Source: Ranitomeya imitator
Lineage: Eukaryota
DNA length: 64,000 nt
Direction of reading: 5' to 3'
NCBI RefSeq assembly: GCF_032444005.1
Contig: NC_091289.1
Span: 121,024,001-121,088,000 of the forward strand
Both the position numbers and the translations under genes were made by a program. Positions 13,601 to 25,600 of the stretch are shown in pieces (positions within the stretch are counted from its first letter, which is position 1; every line of letters starts with the position of its first letter). The notes beneath the pieces were generated by a model. That model saw nothing but the letters and a program-made list of their open reading frames with translations, was not told the DNA's origin and made no database searches.

Positions 13601-16600
13601 GAGGAGTAATATCAGCCCACTAGAGCAACCAGCAAAAAGGAATCACATATCTGCAAGCTGGACTAAGACAAAAATTAAGCAAAACGTGGAACAGGGAAAT
13701 CAAAAACTTAGCTTGTCCTGAAGAATACAGAAGCGGGAAGCAGAGGTAACAAGACACACTGATTACATTGATAGCCGGCGAGGAAATGACAAGAAAGCCA
13801 GGTTAAATAGGAAACTCCCATATCCTGATAGAACAGGTGGACACCAGAGACCGCAGAGAACACAAGTCACCCAGTACCATCAGTAACCACCAGAGGGAGC
13901 CCAAAAACAGAATCCACAACAGATGTGTCACTTACTGGGCTGCTTTGCTGTTTAACCCCTTTCCGATAGGCGCCATACTAGTACTGCTCTGTGAGAACTG
14001 AGTTCCCGCAAACCACAGTACTAGAACGGCGGCACGATCGTGTGGTCCCACAGTGAGCGCTGCAGCGATCGCGTGCGGGTGTCAACTGTATGTGACAGCT
14101 GACACCCCGCAGCAATGCCCACGATCGGCGCTAGCACCGATCGTGGGCATTTAACCCCTCTGTTGCCGCTGTCAGTAGTGACTTCGACATAGCGGGGCAT
14201 CGCGCAGGAACGGGAGCTCCCTGCGCTCTCCCACCAGAACAACGCGATGCTATCGCGTTGTTCCGGTGTTCTGGAAGGAGTCCCTGGATCCAAAATGGCT
14301 GCGGGGCTCCTTCCGGGTACTTCACTGAGGTGGCTCACAGCAGGTGCCGGAAAGCCTCCTGCACTGCCTGTCAGATCGCTGACCTGACACAGTGCTATGC
14401 AAAGTGTCAGATCAGCGATCTGATGAAATATAGTGATGTCCCACCCTGGGACAATGTTATAAAGTAAAAAAATAAATAAATCCCCAACTAAAAAAAAATA
14501 AAGACATAAATATTTTTCAATAAATCCATTTATTTATGTAAATAAAAAAAATCTATAAAAGTGCACATATTTGGTATCGCCGCGTCCGTAATGACCCGCT
14601 CTATAAAACTATCCCACTAGTTAGCCCCTTCAGTGAACACCGCAAAAAAATAAATAAAAAACTAGGCAAAAAACAATGCTTTATCATCATACTGCCAAAC
14701 AAAAAGTGCAATAAAATGTGATCAAAAACACGGATATAAATAACCATGGTACCGCTGAAAACATCATCTTGTCCGCAAACGCAACGTGACGCCCGCAGAC
14801 CATTCCATTAAAGTCTGCGTTCCAAAACAGCGCTCCTTCCCTTCCGAGCTCTGCCATACGCCCAAACAGTGGTTTACCCCCACACACGGGGTATCAGCGT
14901 ACTCAGGACAAATTGCACAACAACTTTTGTGTCCAATTTGTCCTATTACCCTTGGGAAAATAAAAAATTTGGGGCCAAAAGATCATTTTTTGTGAAAAAA
15001 ATATGATTTTGTTTGTACGGCTCTACATTATAAACTTCTGTGAAGCACTTGGAGGTTAAAAGTGCTCACCACATGTCTAGATTAGTTCCTTAGGGGGTCT
15101 ACTTTCCAAAATGGTGTCACTTGTGGGGGGTTTCCACTGTTTAGGCACATCAGTGGCTCTCCAAATGCGACATGGTGTCCGATCTCAATTCCAGCAAATT
15201 TTGCATTGAAAAGTCAAATGGCGCTCCTTCCCTTCCGAGCTCTGTCATGTGCCCAAACAGTGGTTTATCCCCACATATGGGGTATCGGCGTACTCAGGAC
15301 AAATTGTGCAACGACTTTTGTGGTTCAATTTCTCCTGTTACCCTTGGTAAAATAAAACAAATTGGATCTGAAGTAAAAATTTTGTGAAAAAAAGTTAAAT
15401 GTTCATATTTTATTTATTTTTTTTAAACATTACAAAAATTCCTGCGAAGCACCTGAAGGGTTAATAAACTTTTTAAATGTGGTTTTGAGCACCCTGAGGG
15501 GTGCAGTTTTTAGAATGGTGTCACTTTTTGCCATTTTCTGTCATATAGACCTCTCAAAGTGACTTTAGGTGGTCCCTAAAAAAAATGGTTTTGCAAATTT
15601 TGTTGGAAAAATGAGAAATCGCTGGTCAAGTTTTAACCCTCATAACTTCCTAACAAAAAAAAATTATGTTTCCAAAATAGTGCTAATGTAAAGCAGACAT
15701 GTGGGTAATGTTATTTATCAACTATTTTGTATGATATGACTCTCTAATTTAAAAGGCATTAAAACTAAAAGTTTAAAAATTGCAAAATTTTCACCAAATT
15801 TCTGTTTTTTTTTCACAAATAAACGCAAGTCAAATCGAAGAAATTTCACTACCATCATAAAGTACAATATGTCACGAGAAAACAATCTCAGAATCACCAG
15901 GATCTGTTGAAGCATTTCAGAGTTATGACCTCATAAAGTGACAGTGGTCAGAATTGAAAAAAATGGCCTGGTCAGGAAATTGAAAACAGGCTTCGGGGTG
16001 AAAGGGTTAAGTAAAACCAGTGTTTCGTTAGCAGAAGATTATCACTAGAGGACTAGCTGCCTCGTGCCTCCTAGTCAAGTGCTCTGTATAACCCCGCCCC
16101 CACTACTGATGGGCAGCTTTCTGCCTATGCATAGTGTACACAGAAAGCTGTCAGTCAGTGGTGCGGGCAGGGTTATACAGGGCTGAGCATTCTGAGCTCT
16201 GCTATATCTGCCACACTACCACATAAAGGAGTCAGGGACCGTGAAATGCTCCAACAGGGCCAACATAGACTTGGATTGTGCCTAAATTGACTTCACTTCA
16301 TGCTGTGCTGCTGTGAATCTTTGGGAGGCTACTGCCTATCACAGCTTACCAAATTTTGGTGCTTGATGTGCGGTAGCAGCAGACACTCTCAGCCACTCTG
16401 TTATGGCTGTGTAGGGGGTATGGTAAAATATGTTATTTCCTTTGCCTTTCACTGTCGTCCTGGTGTATAGGTATAGGTTAACATGTGTTGATATTGCTAC
16501 ACAATCAGATGTATTACATGTATTGTTCGGCTAAATGTATATATATTTGCTATTTGGTGTATCTGTTAAATAGGGAAAGTGTAGTATTAAAGTTTGCCCA

Positions 16601-19600
16601 CAAAATGGAGTACCTTAGTATAGTGTACATAGTGCTAGATAGGAGTTTCACATAGCTGGGAACTAGTTACTGTAGGAGTGGTTAGCTGCAGCTAAGGGAA
16701 GGAGTGTTTCCTGTAATTAGTCAGAAGGCCCAAGCACCCAAACAGTCCACATGGGCTTAAGTGCCCAGGACATTGGCAGCTACCACGCAACGTTGGTTGA
16801 TTAAGAGGAGAGAACCCAGCCATCCACAGCATCAGGCCAGAAAGCAGAGGCCAGCACAGCAATAAGAAAGAAGGAAAGAAGACAGAACACAGGCACAGGT
16901 AGCCCTAGAATGTGGCAGCTTATAGCTTGGGCAGATGTCCTCAGTACCGGGGCGAAACAGTGGCTGAGGCAGAACCCAGAAGTAGTTAGCTGGGAGCAGG
17001 ACAGCGCTGGGACTTCACAGAACAGAATACTGAAGGACAGGGGGATACTCAAACAGACTGAGGAGAGCCTAACCATGGCAAAGCTGAATTGGGAGGACAC
17101 TGAGGACCTATGCGGCATGGTACAACCTGGGTATGTGTTATGTAAAAGGCAGGAAGGTGCAGAGAGAGAAGAGGAAATCTGTAATGCCGATTCTGATGTA
17201 ATTGCTGTGAAGAATCTAGATGTGCTGTGTAAAGTTTGCAGTAAAGTTGTTTGTTTGAAAGTTGAAAAGGACCGTGTCTCAATCTTTATTACACCAACTG
17301 ATGGGAACCCACAGCAGAACAGAGGTGACCCTGATGGTGCATAGAATGGAGCCACAGGTACACAAAGTGTTGGACAATGTTTTCATGTAGTGAGGAGCCA
17401 GGGAACAGATACACCAGATTGTTCGGCCATGACTACTGCCTTGGTCCAGCCCCTTACAGCTCTTTATCATTTAATGCTGGCAAAAACTCTCTGGCACAAT
17501 ATCCCTTAGTGACGGAGCCAAATTTTTGAAATCTGACCAGTGTCACTTTATGCGGTAATAACTCTGGTACACTTCAACAAATCCCAGTGATTTTGAGACT
17601 GTTTTTTATGACACATTATAGTTTATGATAATGTTAAATTTAGATCAATATGTTTTGTGTTTATTTATAAAAAAAATAAAAATTTGAGAAAAATGTTAAA
17701 AAATTAGCAATTTTCTAAATTTGAATGATTATCCCTTTAATCCAGATGGTCATACCACAGCAAACCATTAATAAATAACATTTCCCTCTTGTATGTTTTA
17801 CATCAGCAGTTCAGCACCATTTGTAAAATGTTATTTTATTTTGTTATCATCTTAGGAAGTTTAAAAATGTAGCAGTAATTTTTCATTTTTTCAAGGAAAT
17901 TTACAAAATTTATTTTTTCAGGGACTTATCCATGTTTGAAATGCCATTAGAGGTCCCATACATTGGGAAATCCCCAAACGTGATACCATGTTAAAAACAG
18001 CACCCCCTGACATATTGAAAACTGCAGTCAGGTAGTATATTAACCCTCCAGGTGCTTTACAGCAGGGGTCCCCAACTCCAGTCCTCAAGGCCCACCAACA
18101 GGTCATGTTTTCAGGATTTCCTTTGCATTGCACAGGTGATGCAATTATTACCTGGGCAAGACTAAGGAAATCCTGAAAACATGACATGTTGGTGGGCCTT
18201 GAGGACTGGAGTTGAGGACCCCTGCTTTACAGGAATTAATGCAAAGTGGCATGACAGAAATGAAAATGTGTATTTTTACCACCTAAATGCCTCTAACTTC
18301 TCAACAGGTTACAACAGCCGTCAGACTCTAGGGCCGCTATTTGGTCGTGAATTGCCATAGCAAACATCAGGGCCACACAATCATGATCTGAGGGCACCAG
18401 TTTGGATAAAGAGGGAGAAGCCACACTTTGTTAACCATTTATAATGATGTAGTCACTATTGACAGCAGCATCTAAGGGGTTAAACAGATTTGGACGGTGC
18501 AAACACTGGTCGTGGCTGATGCAGCAAGTTGTCAGCTATAGTGTACAGCCGACAGCTGCTGGATTGTCATCTGTATGGGGAGGATATTCTCTTATATCTC
18601 AGGTCAGTTAAAAGACGTATTGGCGGTCATTAAGGGGTTAATAATAGTGCTCATACCTAATCCATTCAGACATTTTGAGCAGGACAGTCATCCCTGGCAA
18701 CCTATGTGGTCACATCGCACACTCTCTGACTCTAACCAAAATGTTGTCTTTTATAGAACACTCCCCAATACATCAGCACCGGGCTCTGCCTGGGCATAAT
18801 TTGATGCGGTCACCTTGGCTTGCAAGTTGGCACCATAAAATTGTACTTCCTGGTGCCTAGTGACTGAACGATTGGGGGCATCATAGATAATAGCAGCCAT
18901 CAGCCCTACACTACCCTTGGCTAACGGGCAGCCAGCCACACACCACCCTGGGCTAAAAAGCAGCCAGCCACACACAACCCTGGGCTACCAGGTGGCTAGC
19001 CACACACCACCCTGGGCTACCGGACGGCCAGCCATACAATACCCTGGGTTACCGGATGGCCAGCAACACACCATCCTGGGCTATTGGGTGCACAAAGTGG
19101 GGACAAAACATAACATGACACATACATAGCAACACCAATATGGCATCATTAGCTTTTTCTTAAAGTAACATACACTCAATTCCACACAAAACTATTAACC
19201 CCCGCCTCCAAATATATGGCTATATACTGTAGTTTTTTATACCTGTTTTACCATGAATTGGTAGGCTGTGAGCGGTTGCCTCATCGGTATTCTTGCACCT
19301 GTGTTGCCGCCATCTTAACTATATGGATCCACTGCATCCTGCTAGTGCATTTGTTTGGAGGCCTTGGCAGGTAAGGATCTCTGCCTTTTTGCTGTATTTT
19401 TGGAGGATTTTCAAGTCTTTTTTTTGTGCTATTGCTGTTTAGACTTGTCTAATTCTAGCCAATCCCTTTCTTTTGAATGCCTCCAGGGGGATGAATAAAA
19501 TAAGCACAAAGCACTCTTTTACCTCCTGGCAAGAAAAAAGCATACTTGTCTCCTGTACAGCCACCACTCCTCTGCCTCTATGTCCCTTGGCAATCATGTG

Positions 19601-22600
19601 ACATTGTTTTTTTCACATGACCGCTGCAGCTGATCAGCGGATGCTTATGAGCTGCAGCCTTAACAATTCCGCCAGCCAGAGTAAGTACAACCATATCTAG
19701 TTATTATCCTTATCTAATATTAGTATTTAATTGAATTATTTGCCACCAATATATGACATCAGAGCATCCAATATACCTGTGTACAATGCAGATGGAGAGC
19801 TGGGTGCACTCTCACACCAGTCATTGACTGCTGTCACGGTCACATCATAGGCCTGTCCACATGGAAGATCACGGATCTCACAGCCCAGCTCAGTATTATT
19901 ACATAGAAGATACTGGTTTTCTGGTGTCCTCAGCACTGAATAATAACTCTGAGCTCCGAGGGATTCATCCCAGCTCAACCTGATCACTGAGCTGGAGCAA
20001 TTTGTATCTGCAGCTAAATTGTGAGGCTGACAGGGAGCTGAAATTACACGGCAAAGGAAAGAGTCATCATTTTCATAAGTACGGAATATTCACAATGTTC
20101 AATATTGACTGTACATGTACCAAAATCTTATCATTGGTGAATGAGCACAAGCTACTTACCAGTGGTGAGGGTCACTGGGATGGCTGCAGGACCTGTGCAT
20201 TGCTGATTGATGGCGGTAACGGTCGCATGATATATCTGACCACACTGCAGCTGATTGATGATGCAGCCCATGGATGTTGTGTGGCAGGAAAGCATTTCTG
20301 CTCCCGCACTGGTCACATTGGCAACGTAACTGATGGCGCCAGGAGTCTGACTCCAAGACATTGAAGCTGAGTTGTTGTAACAGTTGAGCTGTGGTGTCTC
20401 CATGACTGTGATACAAGGAGCTGAAAAACACAATGAACCCAATTTATCATTTGCAAGAGAGTGGTGGTGGGTAGTGATGAGCGAATATACTCGTTGCTCG
20501 GGTTTTCCAGAGCACGCTCGGGTGGTCTCCGAGTATTTGTGAGTGTTCGGAGAGTTAGTTTTCCGTGCCTCAGCTGCTTGATTTACAGCTGCTAGCCAGC
20601 CTGTGTACATGTGGGGGTTGCCTGGTTGCTAGGGAATCCCTACATGTAATCAAGCTGTCTAATAGCCGCAAATCATGCAGTTGCGGCAAGGAAAACTAAA
20701 TCTCCGAGCAGTCACAAATACTCAGAGACCACCTGAGGCTGCTTGGGAAAACACGAGCAACAAGTATATTCGCTCATGACTAGTGGTGGGTTTAAGTCAC
20801 TTTTCAGTTTTTGTCTTGTGGGTATTCGTTGCTGATTTTTATGCCAAATTCTTCAAAATGGCACTAGCGATTCATGAAGTCTACGCAAAGTAGAACATTT
20901 GAAACCTTTTTTTTCTTCAAATTGTTTTTAGTACTGTTCTTTATCAAAAAGTCGCAAAATGTTGCAAAAATTAAACAAAATATTTCTGGCTTCCATAAAA
21001 TCACTGTTGGCAGACTGGAGAACATTTGTTTTTCCAACAAATTTTATTGGTTTTACAAATTTAACAAAAGTAAGGGTAAAGGGTGCGGGAAAAATAGGAT
21101 ACATGGGATAGTAGGGAAAGAAAGGGGAAAGAAAATACAGGACTTCCATACTTTAACATACTGTAGCTTACTCAAATAGAACCAGGACAACTGTCGCTTA
21201 CTCAAAAGTCAAATATGGTTCAAAAGGAAAAAATAAATACGTCCTGGGATGTCTGGAATCACCTTTAGGTGTTCCTATGACCTTGTGGGGGCAAAGTACT
21301 GTTCAAAAACAGGCTACAACTGAGGAATAAATGAAGAAAAGTATTTCTGGGCGTTCAAATAATAGAACAATTATATTCAATAAGGTGTTGTTTGTAGTAT
21401 TTCTTCATTTGGGACGAAGATCAGATTTGGACTTAGAGAGGAGTCCGTGGGAGTCCAAGGAGGATATTATACCTGCACCTATCATGAAGTCAGCTCCCTC
21501 CGCCGGAGATGAAATATCGATCAATTTGGATGCAAATTTAATTTTTAGCGTTGAGATCTGAGACCAATTGTAAGGTATTCCAGCTTTTCGGAGTTCACAG
21601 GTAGTGGACTGAAATAATTTTCGCTTTTGTAATGTTTCTTGAGATAGGTTTTTGAAAAAGACCAAGTGGTTATATGGAGAAGAAAGGAATTTCAGCTCCT
21701 TTGGTATATTTAGTAAAGCATTTGTAACCCAATTGTGGGGTAGAAGGAGACAATGACATCTGTTTCGACATCAGATGGAAGAGCAGATGGTCTGCGTACT
21801 CTAAAGACCTTTTCAAGTACATTTTCCTCTTTGGCTTTAGGAAGTAGATAAGAAATTAATGAAGAGTTGTAATCTTTTAGTTGGGAGTTCTTTGGAATCC
21901 CTCTAATTTTTACATTGTTTTTCTTTTAAAAGTCTTCAAGATTGTTTAGATTTTTTCTAAAAGAATTGATATCATTTTGGATATTTTTCAATGAATCAGA
22001 GAGTGTAGCAAGATTTTGCTGCTCGGTAGGGTATGAGGACCTTTGATTTTTGACTGAAGAGATTTTTTTTGAGTTATAGAAGGAGTTATCAGAAACTCCA
22101 TAAGAATTTGAGTGTGTGTTAACAGCAATGTATGATAACTTATCTTCAAAGAGCTCTTTAATGAAACTCTTGGACGCTTTGGTATTGTTTAAGTGTATAG
22201 AGTCTTCAGGTCTTCCAAATTGGTTTCAGATATTTTTGAATCATCATCACTTGTAGTATTTTTCACTGAAACTAGGAGGGCTTTACATATGCTAATCATA
22301 AATTTTTCTGTTGGATTATCATCTGTTGCTTGGATATCGTTTATCAATGAGTTGTTGTTGTTAGAGTGCCCTTGTATTTTTTTCTGATTTGGTTTGATTT
22401 GGTTTAGTTCTTTGCTTAAATTTTTCATAAAAGTCAGAGTTTTCACTACTAGATTTGTGTTCTGAGGAAGAATATGACTCTGAAGAATAGATGTCATCAA
22501 GGGCCATATCATCTGAAAAAAAGTCACGTCTATAATCAGATGAATCTATATCGCTATAAAACTCCCCAAAATGACCATTTTCCATCTCTCCTGATGAGTT

Positions 22601-25600
22601 AATGGATTCATCTGATTGGTAGGAAACAAATTTGTCTGTGTTGGAGATATTTGGTTTTTTTTAACAGATTTAGCAGAATAAGGAGCTATATTAGGAAACT
22701 TCCCTTTAATTTTCCCTAAATTGTAATCTCTAGGATTGTATGAGGATTTAGAAGGGGAATTTTTTTCAGGTAGACAAATCAGATGCAGATCAACACCCCT
22801 TACCTGTGTGGAGATCTATGGGCTGGCTCGCGTTACTGCTACTACCCTTACTGGCTGCTGAGACGGTTACTAGGTATTTCTGTCCACACATTAACCCCGC
22901 AATGTCACAGGAGGTTGTAGTAGAATGGCAGACATAATTTCCTCCATCTGTAGCAATTGCTAAAGCGGTGTAATTTTCTCCTCCTGGTTTGGGTTCCCAT
23001 CCAATAGTTGCCATATTCGTCACACAATCCACGTTTGCAGTCACATTTTGTGGAGTACAAGGAGCTGAAGACAAAACACACAGATTATTAGAAAAATGAA
23101 TTCCTACTGTAAAACCTTCTATAGAATTATCTACTAGCATGTAAATGGCATTTCACACCAAATATAGAGTTTTCCAATGATAGACGTATCACATATATTT
23201 GTGTTAGCAATGGGATGAAAAGAGGAAAACTGCACTTATTATTTATTTTACTCACTTATATAGCGTCATTAATTCCACAGCGCTTTACATACATTATCAC
23301 TGTCCTCACTGAAGCTCATAAGTTATTCTCTATCTGTATGTCTTTGAAATGTGGGAGGAAACCAGAGTGCCCTGAGGAAACCCACGCAAACACTGGGAGA
23401 ACATGCAAACTTCTTGCAGATGTTGTCCTTTGTGGAACGTTAACCCAGGAACCTAGAGCTGCAAGGCTGCAGTGCTAACCACTGAGCCAGTTGCGGAAAT
23501 ACCATTGGTGCAATCCGTGCAGCTGCACAGGGGCCCAGGAGGTAAGGGGGCCCTACCACCATCTTCAAAGCAGGGGAAATTTGCATTATGATGAGCTACT
23601 GGGCTTTAAAAAGCCCTTACATTGTTTTTGCACAGGGGCTACCATCTACTGTACCTGTGTACACTCCTGCATTGAGCCACTGTGCTGTTATAATGTGACA
23701 GTATATTATGTATAACGTCCTCACCTGTTTGGAAGCTGTGAGTGTGACTGCTGTTACTGCTGCAGTAGGCGCCATTCGCTGTCACCGTCACACTATACTG
23801 AGAGCCGCACATCAGATCTGTTACCGAGCAGCTCATGTTTGACGTGTGGCATTCATATTTGTCTCCACCATCTTTTATTATGAGAGTTGTGTAATTTACA
23901 GCTCCTATCGAGCCCAACCAGGAGACATCCACAACTTCAGCCCCAGCTAAGGATATCAAGTTAGTAGGGGTGCAGGGTGCTGGGGGAAAAAAAGCAATTT
24001 GTCAAAATCTGAACACACTATACACTACACACAGTTGTGCATATATTTTCATATTGTTACTGTAATAAAGAAAGATTAAAATTCATAAGCTATATTATTC
24101 GGCTAGGTACTCACCAGTTAGCAGTTCTATGGCCGAGCTCGCCTTACTATCGCTGTAGTTATTGGCTGCTGAGACCGTTATCACAGACTTCTGACCACAC
24201 GATAATCCCACAATGTCACAGTATGTTGAATTGGAATGGCATACATAAAGTCCACCATCTGTGGTAATGGCCAAAGCGGTATAATTGTCTGCTCCCAAAC
24301 TCTTATCCCAGGATACAGCCACAATATTTGTTACACAGTCCACTTCAGCAGTCACGTTCTGTGGACTACATGGTGCTGTAGATCAAACACACATTAGAAT
24401 ATATGGACTTTTAGTATCAATGATGCGAAAACTGTATAACATTCTGAAAGCCTTTTTTTTCAGAATCATGATCAATAAAAAATAATGATTATTAATGATT
24501 ATTAGTACTAGAGGTGAGTGGATCACTTTGCGCAACTCCTGTCCATGGTTCTGGTCAGTTTTCTCTGGTAAAGGACAGGAGCTATGTGAATTTCCTTACC
24601 CTGTGGGATACAAGGCTCAGAGTAAGATTAGCCAAGCTAACAAAATGTCACCTGCGCGCTGCACGCCGCACAGATGACGTCACGCTGGGCCGGTAAATCA
24701 AATGTTACGTCAAGGAACTCAGAAGCTCAAAAAACTCATGCAGCTCCTGTCCACGGTTCTGGTCAGTGTTCTCTGGTAAAGGACAGGAGCTACGTGAATT
24801 TCCTTACCTTCTGGGATACAAGGCTCAGAGTATGATTAGCCAAGCTAACAAAATGTCACCTGTGCGCTGCACGCCTCACAGATGACGTCATGCCGGGCCG
24901 GTAAATTAAATCTTACGTCAAGGAACTCGGAAGTTCAAAAAACTCGTGCAGCTCCTGTCCATAGCCAAAAAGCGCCAACATGGACCATGGACCAGGGTTG
25001 TGTAAAGCTATCCACTCATAGTTGCATTAATACAATTAGTATGATAAAACGTATTTCCAAAAATTCAGGTTACGGCTAATAATTCACATTTTCATTCCTT
25101 ATTGCATGGAAAGTAATCTAAGTTCTTACTGGCCGCACAAGCATCATACATTTTCTGGGAAGGAGATAGAAGCCACTAGCTTCTACAATGTATAAACTAT
25201 ACTGTAAAGGTGACCACAGAAAGCTCTCAATAACATATTAAAGTGTAATAAAACATAATAAGTCACATCATAATGTAATTTCTGATGGGCAATACTCTCC
25301 ACTTTGCAGCGTGATATATCATTTTGATCTGATTTTTTGGATGAGGAAATCAAACTTCTGACCTGTTTGAAAGGTTTTAGTGTAACTCCTGTTACTGTTG
25401 CAGTACTGGCCATAGGCTGTGACAGCCATACTGTACTGGGAGCCGCACATCAGATCTGGCACCGAGCAGCTCGTGTGTGGAGTGTGACACTCATATGTGA
25501 CTTCTCCGTCTCCTGTGATGACACTGGTGTAATTGACAGCTCCAATGGAGGCTGACCAGGAAATGTTCACAACCTCAGCACCGACCTGGGATTCCAAGTT

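Noticed and set aside
16910-17344. 144-aa plus-strand ORF
   Set aside because: It lies within an LTR-like element and has no recognisable domain.
23479-23496. tRNA gene (A box), and the B box at 48936
   Set aside because: Both are SINE heads followed by a V-domain and tail; there is no cloverleaf.
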